This document shows positions 29,359 through 38,987 of a stretch of 64,000 nt of DNA, piece after piece. The DNA is from Bdellovibrionota bacterium (GTDB taxonomy: Bacteria; Bdellovibrionota_G; JALEGL01; DATDPG01): contig OY764265.1 in assembly GCA_963668355.1 (NCBI GenBank), forward strand, positions 2,368,001-2,432,000, read 5' to 3'. The stretch's first letter is position 1; each line of letters opens with the position of its first letter. A program made the translations under genes and the position numbers. Below the pieces are notes generated by a model. The model ran no database searches. It saw nothing but the letters and a program-made list of their open reading frames with translations, and had not been told where the DNA came from.

Positions 29359-30201
29359 ATGTCTCTGGACAACTCCACAAGCTCACCGATCATTGAGATC
29401 TCGTCGCGATCTCCCCGTGCGTACCATCGAATTCAAGAGGTATGGATGTACAGAGAGCTTCTGGGATTTCTCATCTGGAGAGATCTCAAGGTTCGGTATA
29501 AGCAAACGGTGTTAGGTGGACTCTGGGCCATTCTTCAGCCCCTTACAATCATGGTGTTGTTTACGCTGTTTTTTGGGCGTTTGGCCAAAATGCCCTCGGA
29601 TGGAAAACCCTATGCGCTTTTTGCATATGTAGCTCTGGTTCCTTGGCTTCTTTTTGCGAATAGCCTTCAGATGTCTTCCCAGAGTCTTGTGGCAAACGCG
29701 GGGCTTTGGACGAAAGTCTACTTTCCCCGATTGATTGTCCCTTTGGCCACCGCGTTCTCCGGGGTATTTGATTTTTTCATTGCAACATTTCTTCTGGTTT
29801 GTGCACTTCCATTTTTTGGTTTTTTTCCGACGCTTTCCTGGCTACTGATTCCATTCCTTTTTCTTCTCCTCATTTCACTATGTGTGGGGGTGAGTTTATG
29901 GCTGTCCGCACTCAATGTGTTTTATCGGGATGTTCGATTTGTGGTTCCCTTTATGGTGCAAGCATGGCTGTTCGCGACTCCCGTGGCATACCCTAGTACC
30001 CTCATGAATGAGACGTGGAGATGTGTCTACGCCATAAACCCCATGGTGAGCATCGTTGAAGGTTCTCGTTATGTGTTTCTCAACACGTCGGCGTTATCGT
30101 TTGAAATGCTTTTTGTATCGTTTCTTTCCACAATATTGATCACGGTGTCTGGGATGCTTTATTTCAATCGGATGGATCGTTTCTTTTCGGATGTGGTGTG
30201 A
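29359..30201 (+). CDS. wzm: Polysaccharide ABC exporter permease (Wzm/RfbA)
   Basis: RDLKVRYKQTVLG.LWAILQP, KVYFPR, YRDV, NPM; about six hydrophobic segments. Confidence 0.92.
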   Translation: MSLDNSTSSPIIEISSRSPRAYHRIQEVWMYRELLGFLIWRDLKVRYKQTVLGGLWAILQPLTIMVLFTLFFGRLAKMPSDGKPYALFAYVALVPWLLFANSLQMSSQSLVANAGLWTKVYFPRLIVPLATAFSGVFDFFIATFLLVCALPFFGFFPTLSWLLIPFLFLLLISLCVGVSLWLSALNVFYRDVRFVVPFMVQAWLFATPVAYPSTLMNETWRCVYAINPMVSIVEGSRYVFLNTSALSFEMLFVSFLSTILITVSGMLYFNRMDRFFSDVV

Positions 30202-30965
30202 TGGAATCTTCGGTGATTCAGGTTGAAGGTCTTGGAAAGTATTATCAGCTTGGAGAACGTGGGTATCAATATCGTTCGTTTCGAGAAGTGTTGGCGGATC
30301 TTTTTCGAAGGCCCTTTCAAAAGCCCATAGGGGGGCAAGTCGATGAAAGTCTTTGGGCGTTAAGAAATCTTTCTTTCGACGTCCAGGCCGGAGAAATATT
30401 GGGCGTAATCGGAAAAAACGGGGCTGGAAAAAGTACGCTCTTAAAGCTTCTCTCTCGCGTTACAACGCCCACGGAGGGATCCATTCGTTTGAAGGGACGA
30501 GTGGGTTCTTTATTGGAGATTGGAACGGGATTTCATCACGAGCTGACCGGGAAGGAGAATGTTTTTCTCAACGGCTCCATTTTGGGAATGAAGAAAAAAG
30601 AAATCCGTGAAAAGTATGATGAGATTGTCAATTTTTCCGAACTGCATGATTTTATGAACACTCCCATCAAGCGTTTTTCGACCGGGATGTACCTACGTCT
30701 GGCCTTTTCCGTCGCAGCTCATCTGGATACCGAGATCCTGTTTTTAGACGAAGTCCTTTCCGTGGGAGATGTTCAATTCCAGAAAAAATGCTTTCAAAAA
30801 ATGAAAGACATCTGTCAGCAAGGACGCACCATTATTTTAGTCAGCCATAATTTAGAAGTTGTGGCCTCACTTTGTGAACGCATTATGTGGTTAGAAGAGG
30901 GGAAAATTCGAAAATGTGAAACAGCACAAAGTGTGTTGTGTGAATATAAAAGCGCATATACGTAA
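30198..30965 (+). CDS. wzt: Polysaccharide ABC exporter ATPase (Wzt/RfbB) without C-terminal carbohydrate-binding domain
   Basis: GKNGAGKST, FSTGMYLRLAFS, LDEVLSVGD, VSH; only 255 aa. Confidence 0.92.
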   Translation: MMESSVIQVEGLGKYYQLGERGYQYRSFREVLADLFRRPFQKPIGGQVDESLWALRNLSFDVQAGEILGVIGKNGAGKSTLLKLLSRVTTPTEGSIRLKGRVGSLLEIGTGFHHELTGKENVFLNGSILGMKKKEIREKYDEIVNFSELHDFMNTPIKRFSTGMYLRLAFSVAAHLDTEILFLDEVLSVGDVQFQKKCFQKMKDICQQGRTIILVSHNLEVVASLCERIMWLEEGKIRKCETAQSVLCEYKSAYT

Positions 30966-31023
30966 ACAGAGGGATAAGCTAATCTAGCGAGTTCAGACTT
31001 CTTTTTGAGCCATAGAAAGGTCA

Positions 31024-32145
31024 ATGATGGAAATTTCAATCCAACGACTGAGAGATGCAGATTTTGGAAAATGGATGGATTTAACCACGAGAGCTTACGG
31101 GCATTCTAACCACATCCTCAACGATTGGCCCCACTTGCGTTGGTATTTCTCTCCTCCTGGATTTTTGCATGATGGAAAATACGAGACGCTGGTCGCGGTG
31201 GCCTCAAGTGGAGATTTTGTGGGTACGTACGGCGTGTTGCCAGCATATATTCGAATCGAAGGAAAGCGCTACTCCTTTTGTTGGTTCGTGAGCGGAATGG
31301 TTTTGCCTGAATGCAGGAATCATGGAATCGGAAAGAAATTCGTTGCGGAGTTGATGGGACGTTTTGACGTTTGTGGAATCATAGGTTTCAATTTGGGGGT
31401 AAAAAGAAACTATGAACGCGCGGGATTCCATTTTTTTAACGACCAGACCCTAAGGCGCTTCATCTTGTGTTTGAAAGATGATGCTTTTGAATTGGTCGAA
31501 TTTATTGGAAAAGATGTTTCTCGAGCCAAGGAAGTTGTGAAGATTCAAAAGGAAACGACCGTTTCAAAGAACTTCTCAAAACCACTTAACTATTTTTCTC
31601 CAGATGTGGAGAGTGTTTTCGAACCCATGAAAACCTCTGTTTCCGTGATGATCGACCGAAATTCAGACTACTTGAACTGGAGATATTTTGGTAATCCGAG
31701 GATCACATATGAAAACAACGCATTCATTGACAATAAAAAGTGGAAGTCCATCTTAATTTCTCGACATGAACGGTTTTTCCCGAAGGACATTTATGGAACG
31801 CGAATCATCGATATGGCAGGCTCGTGTGATGATGTTGAGTGTTTGCTCAGATCAAAAATTTTAGAAGCTCAAGAAAGAAATGATAGCTTTGTTGAGTTTT
31901 CATATGCGGGGACGGTTTTTGACCCACTTATGGAAGCTTGTGGGTTCTCTGAGTTACATGGAAAAGATTATGAACTTTGGCCGATGGTGACCTCCCCAAT
32001 GCATAGTCGAGAAAACCATGAATTTATCTGTTTGGGTTCGAACGACAAGCGGACTCAGTTGGATAGATTTTCCTTCAAAGATGTCTACTTCAGCCGAGGG
32101 GATTCTGATCGTGACCGTATGAATTATATCCCAAATTCAGATTGA
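31024..32145 (+). CDS. GNAT-fold N-acyltransferase
   Basis: VLPECRNHGIG (R/Q-x-x-G-x-G), R.SDYLNWRY..NP, C-terminal GDSDRDR. Confidence 0.7.
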   Translation: MMEISIQRLRDADFGKWMDLTTRAYGHSNHILNDWPHLRWYFSPPGFLHDGKYETLVAVASSGDFVGTYGVLPAYIRIEGKRYSFCWFVSGMVLPECRNHGIGKKFVAELMGRFDVCGIIGFNLGVKRNYERAGFHFFNDQTLRRFILCLKDDAFELVEFIGKDVSRAKEVVKIQKETTVSKNFSKPLNYFSPDVESVFEPMKTSVSVMIDRNSDYLNWRYFGNPRITYENNAFIDNKKWKSILISRHERFFPKDIYGTRIIDMAGSCDDVECLLRSKILEAQERNDSFVEFSYAGTVFDPLMEACGFSELHGKDYELWPMVTSPMHSRENHEFICLGSNDKRTQLDRFSFKDVYFSRGDSDRDRMNYIPNSD

Positions 32146-33576
32146 GCGAAAAAGTCTCCGGAAAAGAAGAAATACAAAAAGAACATATCCCGTCCAAAGA
32201 AGAACTGCCTCCACAGGATGGTTGTATAACTGCAGGGTATTACCCAAGAAAATGAAAAATACTGCAAGGAAAACGACTTTCCCCCAAGTTGGATAGGAAA
32301 ATGGATATCTTGTGTGCCTGTGCGACAAGGCCGTCATGATCAAGCTCAGAGCTAGTATAGATAGGAAGGTGGCTATCGCTGCTCCTAAAGCGCCATACCT
32401 CGGAACGAGAAAAAGATTGAGCAAAACATTGAGTACCGCACAGGAAGGGGTGGAAAAAGCCAATAACTTTGTCTTGCGGTGAAAATAAATTGGATTTACA
32501 GCTGAAAAATAAACCGCAAATAAAACATATGAAGCAGAAACCCAGGGAAGAATTTTTAAGGCATCCAAGTAATCCTTGGCTATGAAATACTTTAGTAGTG
32601 GTGTTCCGATCAACGTAAGAGTAGTTGCCGAGAATGCTACAGCTAATAGAAAAATGTTGGTTGTTTGGGCGTACCACCTTTTTCCATCTTTTCCTCGCTC
32701 AGCCTCTTGGAAATATCTTGGAACAATAACTCTGTTTAGCGCTTCGGCGAAATTGAAGACGACAAAGCCAAGATTGTACCCAAGGCTATAAATGCCCAAT
32801 TCGTAAAGTCCCCTTAGGTGCTCAAGAATGTATCGGTCTGAGAGATAGATCACCCAGTGCGCACAAGCATGAATGACAATGGGGAAGGAGTACAAAAATC
32901 CATCTTTAAATGCATCCCAACTGATTCCAGTTCGAAACGGGTTTGCCTTGAACGCCGAAAAAAGAACCGAAGCAAAATAGAAAAAAGCAAAAGAAAAAGA
33001 AAAACCCCAAAAATAAGAGAGAACCCCCCAATCAAAAAGATAAAGAAAGGAAATCGTCGTCAAAAGTCCTAAAAAAGGAGGCGCATTGAGGAGGAAGGAG
33101 GAATGCAGGTGCTTGTGCCGAATGCGAAAATACTCGATTGGGAGTTGGAGTCCAGCCTGAAAAAAACCGCTTGCAAGGCCCCACTTTACGGCCATAAGGA
33201 GGTTTGCTTCGTCGTTATTAAAAAGGAACGTAGACGCGTGTGTGCTAAAGAAAAAAAGTGGAAGGAAAACAAAGAGCGCAATCGTTTGTACCGGCCAATA
33301 TAATGAAGCATAAAGTTTGGCTGTTTTCTTTGGATCGATATTTGTTGAGTAAAACTTTTGAGAGAACGCGCCATGTATCCCCAATGCCAGAAAAACAGCC
33401 ATAAATGAGGAGACCAACTCGAATAGTGCGATGGTTCCGTACTCTTCCGGAGTGAAATGCTGAGTGAAAAGAGGGAGAGACAAGAAAGCCAGCAAACGTA
33501 CTGAGATCTGAAAACCAAGGTAAGGAAAGGAAGAAAGGCCCAATTGTTTGAGTCCTTTGGATGGGCTGGTCAACAA
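32137..33576 (-). CDS. wzx: Oligosaccharide flippase (Wzx/MOP family)
   Basis: LPLFTQHFTPEEYG, DRYIL...LGIYSLG, NVLLNLFLVPRYGALGAAIAT; about 12-14 TM segments. Confidence 0.88.
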   Translation of the reverse strand: MLTSPSKGLKQLGLSSFPYLGFQISVRLLAFLSLPLFTQHFTPEEYGTIALFELVSSFMAVFLALGIHGAFSQKFYSTNIDPKKTAKLYASLYWPVQTIALFVFLPLFFFSTHASTFLFNNDEANLLMAVKWGLASGFFQAGLQLPIEYFRIRHKHLHSSFLLNAPPFLGLLTTISFLYLFDWGVLSYFWGFSFSFAFFYFASVLFSAFKANPFRTGISWDAFKDGFLYSFPIVIHACAHWVIYLSDRYILEHLRGLYELGIYSLGYNLGFVVFNFAEALNRVIVPRYFQEAERGKDGKRWYAQTTNIFLLAVAFSATTLTLIGTPLLKYFIAKDYLDALKILPWVSASYVLFAVYFSAVNPIYFHRKTKLLAFSTPSCAVLNVLLNLFLVPRYGALGAAIATFLSILALSLIMTALSHRHTRYPFSYPTWGKVVFLAVFFIFLGNTLQLYNHPVEAVLLWTGYVLFVFLLFRRLFRSI

Positions 33577-33640
33577 TGATTCCTTCTTTTCGATATCGGC
33601 ATGTAACTAGGGTAAAAAAACAGATTAGCAGAAATTCCCC

Positions 33641-34924
33641 ATGAAGCGAAAGATGTGTTTAAAATGGATGTCAAGCATGTCTGATGTGTTGGATAAAGAG
33701 AATTCAAAAAAATCGATCCTGTATCTTGTCGGAAATACGACGCAAGCGAGATATTATGAGGAGCTTGCTCGCTTAGCTCGGCAGCAAGATTTCGACTCTG
33801 TTTTTGTTTCCTTAGATGCTTATTATCAGGAAGGCGCTAACAAGGCTCTAAGCAGCAGCGAATTTGAAGTTGTTCATTTGGAAGCCCATCCCTACGAGAT
33901 GAATCATATGGACCGCCGTTCTCCTTGGAAAGAAATTCTTTATCGCTTACATATTAAAAAGATGGCTGCGAACATCTTGCGAAATCATCGACCATCAGCC
34001 CTTTTTGTATCCAATGATCGAGGCGGTATTGAAAATATTTTTATGAAACTGGTCCATGGCAAAATTCCTGTCTTTTATATCCCGGACGGAATGGATTACT
34101 TGGTTAAGCCAAAGTACCAAAAAAGGTTCAATAAATTTAAGCGCTTTGTGGACAACCTCATCGAATGTGTATTCGGAGTCAGAATTTTACCTGTCCGAAG
34201 GGGAGAGAGCGGATTGTTTTCGACACTTTGTCTGGGCGGCCCAAATGTGAAACAACACTCGCATTTTCAAGATGTCCCTTCGGAGAAAATTGCGATTACA
34301 GGAATGCCAAGAGGTGATTTGGCACTTGCCTTTGAAGAATCTGATCGCAAGTATTTGCGAGAACGATTGGGTATTCCGTCTGGAAAACGCGTTGTGTTGT
34401 ATGTTGCTTCGACGTGGAAAAAACATTGGCCCCATGTCAGTTTTGAAGATGAAGTCGCTATTCATCAGGGAGTCATCGATACTTTCGAGTCGCTTTCGGG
34501 TTTAGCATTGGTTGTGAAGCTTCATCCGGTAGACGAGATCGCGATGAAGAAAAGTCTCAAATATGGAAAAGGGGTGTCTGTCGTACATACAGAATTTACT
34601 GCGGAAGAATTGATGGGCATTTCTGATCTGGTCGTAATGATGCCTTCGACTGCGATTTTATCGGTTCTTCAGTTGAAGATCCCTTTAATCGTTTTAGAGC
34701 CTGATTTTTTCCCTTATGTTTCGCTTTCTCCTGAGCTTAAAAACGTGGTCCGTTCAGTTGATGGTTTGAAATCATTGTTTTTGAAAAGCGAATGGAAAAC
34801 AGTGGCTTCGATGGCATCAATAGAAGGAGAGAAATATCTTCAGGGCGAACTTGTGGCTCAAGGAGAAGAGGCCTGTAAAAATATTCTGAATGTATTGAAA
34901 GAAAAAATATCTAAACCATACTGA
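33641..34924 (+). CDS. GT-B protein, candidate nonulosonic-acid transferase (or CDP-glycerol glycerophosphotransferase-like)
   Basis: IPDG, ITGMPRGD, VVKLHP, SDLVV..STA; flanked by wzx and neu genes. Confidence 0.6.
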   Translation: MKRKMCLKWMSSMSDVLDKENSKKSILYLVGNTTQARYYEELARLARQQDFDSVFVSLDAYYQEGANKALSSSEFEVVHLEAHPYEMNHMDRRSPWKEILYRLHIKKMAANILRNHRPSALFVSNDRGGIENIFMKLVHGKIPVFYIPDGMDYLVKPKYQKRFNKFKRFVDNLIECVFGVRILPVRRGESGLFSTLCLGGPNVKQHSHFQDVPSEKIAITGMPRGDLALAFEESDRKYLRERLGIPSGKRVVLYVASTWKKHWPHVSFEDEVAIHQGVIDTFESLSGLALVVKLHPVDEIAMKKSLKYGKGVSVVHTEFTAEELMGISDLVVMMPSTAILSVLQLKIPLIVLEPDFFPYVSLSPELKNVVRSVDGLKSLFLKSEWKTVASMASIEGEKYLQGELVAQGEEACKNILNVLKEKISKPY

Positions 34925-34929
34925 GATTC

Positions 34930-35976
34930 TTATGCCTCAATTTCCAGATACTCTTTAACCAACTCCAAGACGTTATTGTATTGGAGTGGCGCAGACTGGC
35001 TTGACGCGTAGGCCTGAGAAGAGGCGCTTTTGCAATCTGTATATTGATTTTTTAGGTTACATAGTTCAGGAAATTGTAAATACGGTCTAAGAATGAACAT
35101 GTCATCATTTTCGACCGCTAGCTGGGCTTCCTCTTCCGTCATCATGATTTCATCGAGTTTTTCGCCAGGCCGAGGTTCTGTGAAGATGATTTGTTTTTGA
35201 GACTTATCCTTTTTGTGAGTCTTATTTAAAATCTCTACAAGGGCCTTCGCCAAGTCAGCAATTCGGATAGCCGGCATTTTTAAAACAAAAATTTCAGCTC
35301 CCTGCATAGATGTAGCAGCTTTTAAAACTAAATTTGTGGCTTCGTGGATACTAAGGAAGAACCTTGTCATATTCTCGTGTGTAACCGTAATGGGCTGATT
35401 GGAGTCGTACTGGCTTTTGAAAATGGGTAAAACGGAGCCTCTGGACCCAATCACGTTTCCAAATCTTACAACTGAACTGATGAGCGGGCGGTTTCCTCGA
35501 TGATAAATCGTGCTGGTAACTAACTTTTCTGCCAAGAGTTTTGTGGCTCCCATGACATTGAGAGGGGCCACAGCTTTGTCTGTGCTGATGGAAATAAGTC
35601 TCTCAACATTATTCTGTAATGCGGAGTTGATGATGTTTTCAGTTCCAATCACATTGGTTTGGACAGCTTCAAATGGGTTGTATTCACAGGCCGGGACGTG
35701 CTTTAGGGCAGCAGTATGAAAGACAATGTCAATTTCATTCATGGCTTTGTGTACGCGGGCCTGATCCCTGATGTCGCCGATTTGCCAACGTAACACTTCA
35801 GGATTCTTTAGTTTTTGAGCCAAAACAAACTGTTTGTGCTCGTCTCTTGAGAAAATACGAATTTGCTTGGGATGATGTTTAAGTAGCTTTTTTACGAGAG
35901 TCGATCCAATGGATCCTGTTCCTCCGGTTACGAGGATTCGTTTTCCTGAAATCAGTAAATCTAAATTGTTGTTCAA
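34930..35976 (-). CDS. UDP-GlcNAc 4,6-dehydratase (Polysacc_synt_2, PglF/CapD-type active site)
   Basis: TGGTGSIG, HTAALKHVP, STDKAV, MGATK, VRFGNV.GSRGSV, RPGEKL. Confidence 0.9.
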   Translation of the reverse strand: MNNNLDLLISGKRILVTGGTGSIGSTLVKKLLKHHPKQIRIFSRDEHKQFVLAQKLKNPEVLRWQIGDIRDQARVHKAMNEIDIVFHTAALKHVPACEYNPFEAVQTNVIGTENIINSALQNNVERLISISTDKAVAPLNVMGATKLLAEKLVTSTIYHRGNRPLISSVVRFGNVIGSRGSVLPIFKSQYDSNQPITVTHENMTRFFLSIHEATNLVLKAATSMQGAEIFVLKMPAIRIADLAKALVEILNKTHKKDKSQKQIIFTEPRPGEKLDEIMMTEEEAQLAVENDDMFILRPYLQFPELCNLKNQYTDCKSASSQAYASSQSAPLQYNNVLELVKEYLEIEA

Positions 35977-35980
35977 AGCG

Positions 35981-37096
35981 TTATCCTTTTCTTTCCTGAA
36001 AGAGATTTAAAGCATCTAAGACGGTCTGAGACACTTGATCGATCTGTTGTTCAGATATGCCGGGGAAAAAGGGTAGAGCCAATGTTCTCTGCGAAACGTC
36101 TTCTGCCACTGGGCAGAGCCCCGACTTCAAACCAAAGGTGTTTTTGTAGAAGGGCTGTAAGTGAATGACGGGAAAGTAAGGGGAAGATTGGATCTCCCGT
36201 GAACCAAGATACTCGATGAACTTTTGCCTTTTCTCTGTGTCAAAAAAGGAAGGCAATTCAATGACAAACACAAAAGGACTTAGCTCATCTAGTCCATTTT
36301 CTAGAGGTGTTTTGATCGGTGAGCCCTTCAAAGATTGAATATACTTTTTTGCTACCCATCTCCGCTTTTCGATCATTCTCGGTAGTTTCTGAAGCTGCGT
36401 CAGAAGAAGAGCACATGACAAATCCGTCAATCGATAATTGAATCCAAGTTTGTCGTGAACGAGCCATTTTTGATCTCCGGATCGACCTTGATTCCGTTCA
36501 CTTTGGGCGCGTTGGGCGATGTGGGGGTCGTCGGTGACAAGAACCCCGCCCTCACCACAGGTGATTTGTTTGTTTGCATAGAATCCGAATGCGCCGAATC
36601 TTCCGAATGTTCCGGCTTTGGGAGTCCCTAAAGCTTCACACGAGTCCTCAATCAAAAAAAGATCATGTTTATCAGCAACTTCTTGGAGGGTTTTCCAGTT
36701 AGCCAGACGACCAAAAAGATCAACAGCTAGAATCCCTTTGGTTTTTGGAGTTATGGCTTTTTCAATTAGGGAGGGATCGAGATTGTAGGTTTCCTGTTCG
36801 ATATCCACAAATTTCGGAATTCCCTGCTCGAAAAGAATGCAATTGGCACTGGCGATGAAACTATAAGGTGTAGTGATGATTTCATCTCCAGGCTGAATAT
36901 CAAGGCCCCTCATTCCGAGATGAAGTGCGGCTGTTCCACTGGAGCAAGCCACGGCAAATTGCGTCCCCACGAACTTGGCCAATGCGGCTTCAAATTCCTC
37001 AACCTTTGGCCCTAAGGAGAGCCTACCGCTTTTCAGAACGGCCATGACGGCCTCAATGTCGTTGGAATCAATATCGGGTTTGGCTAGGGGAATCAT
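35981..37096 (-). CDS. DegT/DnrJ/EryC1/StrS sugar aminotransferase
   Basis: SSGTAALHL, IEDSCEALG, FYANKQITCGEGG, GFNYRL. Confidence 0.92.
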   Translation of the reverse strand: MIPLAKPDIDSNDIEAVMAVLKSGRLSLGPKVEEFEAALAKFVGTQFAVACSSGTAALHLGMRGLDIQPGDEIITTPYSFIASANCILFEQGIPKFVDIEQETYNLDPSLIEKAITPKTKGILAVDLFGRLANWKTLQEVADKHDLFLIEDSCEALGTPKAGTFGRFGAFGFYANKQITCGEGGVLVTDDPHIAQRAQSERNQGRSGDQKWLVHDKLGFNYRLTDLSCALLLTQLQKLPRMIEKRRWVAKKYIQSLKGSPIKTPLENGLDELSPFVFVIELPSFFDTEKRQKFIEYLGSREIQSSPYFPVIHLQPFYKNTFGLKSGLCPVAEDVSQRTLALPFFPGISEQQIDQVSQTVLDALNLFQERKG

Positions 37097-37163
37097 GCGA
37101 TATACCTCTTAAACTTAGCGGCTTGATAGTATCTACATTACATGAAAAAATCCAAGGACTAGG

Positions 37164-37892
37164 GTGTCTATGCCAAAAAACAAATTTGAATCAATTCTTG
37201 CCATTGTGCCGGCGCGGGCTGGCTCCAAAGGGGTTCCGAAAAAGAATCTCAGAAAACTGGGTTCGAAGACGCTATTGGGTTGGACACATGAGTCCGTAGC
37301 TTCCGTGAATTCATTTAAAATTCGTACCATTCTTTCTACGGAATCCGAGGAAATCGCCGAATTGGGTCGTTCCGTAGGCTTGGAGGTCCCATTTTTACGG
37401 CCGGAGGCATTGGCTCAGGATCGTAGTTCTTCGATGTCGGTGGTAGAGCATGCCTTAGCTTGGTTTAAAGAAAATGAATCCTACCGTCCGGATCTAACGA
37501 TGGTGTTGCAACCGACTTCTCCCTTTCGAACGGGTGAATCGATTGAGAAGGGATTGGATTTGATGGCCGATCCCGCATTCGATGCCGTAATTGGGGCCAC
37601 GCGGATTGAGCGCTCTTTGGGACTCTTGTTTTTTCCAACCTCGAAAGGCTATTTGTGTCCTGTGGTTCCGGGGAGTGATCAAACGCCTCAACGTCAGCTT
37701 GCCAAAGAAATGCTCACGCCCAACGGTGCCCTCTACATCATTCGAACAGATGTTTTGGAGAAGGAACACACCTTTTTTACAAAACGTCTAGGGGTTGTTC
37801 GGATGGGGGTTATTGAAAGCTTGGATGTCGACACTCTTGAAGACTGGGCATTAGCCGAGTCTTGGGCCAAAACGCTTCCAGTCAAACTCTAA
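37164..37892 (+). CDS. neuA: Acylneuraminate (nonulosonate) cytidylyltransferase
   Basis: IVPARAGSKGVPKKN, PFLRPEALAQD, LQPTSPFR, NGALY, DVDTLED. Confidence 0.92.
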   Translation: MSMPKNKFESILAIVPARAGSKGVPKKNLRKLGSKTLLGWTHESVASVNSFKIRTILSTESEEIAELGRSVGLEVPFLRPEALAQDRSSSMSVVEHALAWFKENESYRPDLTMVLQPTSPFRTGESIEKGLDLMADPAFDAVIGATRIERSLGLLFFPTSKGYLCPVVPGSDQTPQRQLAKEMLTPNGALYIIRTDVLEKEHTFFTKRLGVVRMGVIESLDVDTLEDWALAESWAKTLPVKL

Positions 37893-38987
37893 TACGGATT
37901 GGACGATGACTTGGCTGGCGTTTCCAGTTCCATATAAAAACCGGGTCTCTGTCATTCCTTTTTGAAATTCCGCTGTTGAAATATCTGTGAGAGCCTGGGT
38001 GATGCGATTGGTGTCAAAGGGGCAATGAATCACATTCGTTCCACTTTCTCTTCCGATTTGACGGTTTCCCAAATTTATCGTTGGAACTTGCAGGAAGGGG
38101 GTTTCCAGGATCCCTCCACTGGAGTTTCCAATCAAAGCTTGAGCGTGTTGAAGGAGGGCTCGGTACCATTTGTGATGAATATGAGGAATGAAGTGAAAGT
38201 TGGGATTTTGTCTCGATTCATTTTGTAGGGCAGCCAAAATGGCTTCGTGGCCTGAGTCAGAATTCGGAGCCAGAGCGACGACGGCCTTTTTCTGCGTTTT
38301 GAGTGCCCGTAATGAGGTTTCGATTTGGACTGAGGACTTTTCATATGCATCTGTTTCCGAGTGTTGCAAAAGGACGAAGTAATTCTTCTTCTCGAGTGGA
38401 AAGCCAATCTCCTGGTTTAAATCGTTTATGGAGGGGAGGGGCTCTTTTTCAAAAACGTCTAACGCGGGGTTGCCAGAGAAAATGATATGGTTTGGGTCTT
38501 CACCGATTTGCACGAGGTGTTCCTGACTTCTCTTTGACGCTGCAAATAGGAGGTGAGAAAAGCCACTGATCGCAAACCGATTTGGATCATCTACCCCCCC
38601 CGATCGATCTCCAGCAAATAACTGCGCCATACCGAAACCAAAGTGTGCTCCACAAAGGCATGCCATGAGTTGTTCGTCTCGGTCTCCGAGCAACAACAAA
38701 ACGTCGGGTTTCTCTTCAGAAAGAACCTGAGCAAACCCTTTTAATGTTTCACCCATACCCTTTAGGACATCCTTGGGGTGATCCGTGTCGTGAAGCGTGT
38801 CGATCTCCGCAAGTACCTCAAAACCATCTCGCCTGATTTCATCTCTCGTCATTCCAAACGATTTGCGTAAGTGCATTCCCGTGACGAGAAGTTTCAGGTC
38901 GACGGTTTGAGTTTCTCGAAAACGCTCTAAAACCGGCCTTGCCAAGCTATAGTCTGCTCGAGTTCCTGTGACGTACACAATTTTCAT
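37851..38987 (-). CDS. neuC: Hydrolysing UDP-N-acylglucosamine 2-epimerase (NeuC/LegG)
   Basis: VTGTRADY, VTGMHL, LGDRDE, GNSSGGILE, GNRQ.GRE. Confidence 0.9.
   Translation of the reverse strand: MKIVYVTGTRADYSLARPVLERFRETQTVDLKLLVTGMHLRKSFGMTRDEIRRDGFEVLAEIDTLHDTDHPKDVLKGMGETLKGFAQVLSEEKPDVLLLLGDRDEQLMACLCGAHFGFGMAQLFAGDRSGGVDDPNRFAISGFSHLLFAASKRSQEHLVQIGEDPNHIIFSGNPALDVFEKEPLPSINDLNQEIGFPLEKKNYFVLLQHSETDAYEKSSVQIETSLRALKTQKKAVVALAPNSDSGHEAILAALQNESRQNPNFHFIPHIHHKWYRALLQHAQALIGNSSGGILETPFLQVPTINLGNRQIGRESGTNVIHCPFDTNRITQALTDISTAEFQKGMTETRFLYGTGNASQVIVQSVLEFDWKRFGPRLG

Noticed and set aside
32950..33060. A-rich homopolymer runs as phase-variation tracts
   Set aside because: The runs are short and are explained by Phe codons of the wzx membrane helices on the minus strand; the frame is intact.
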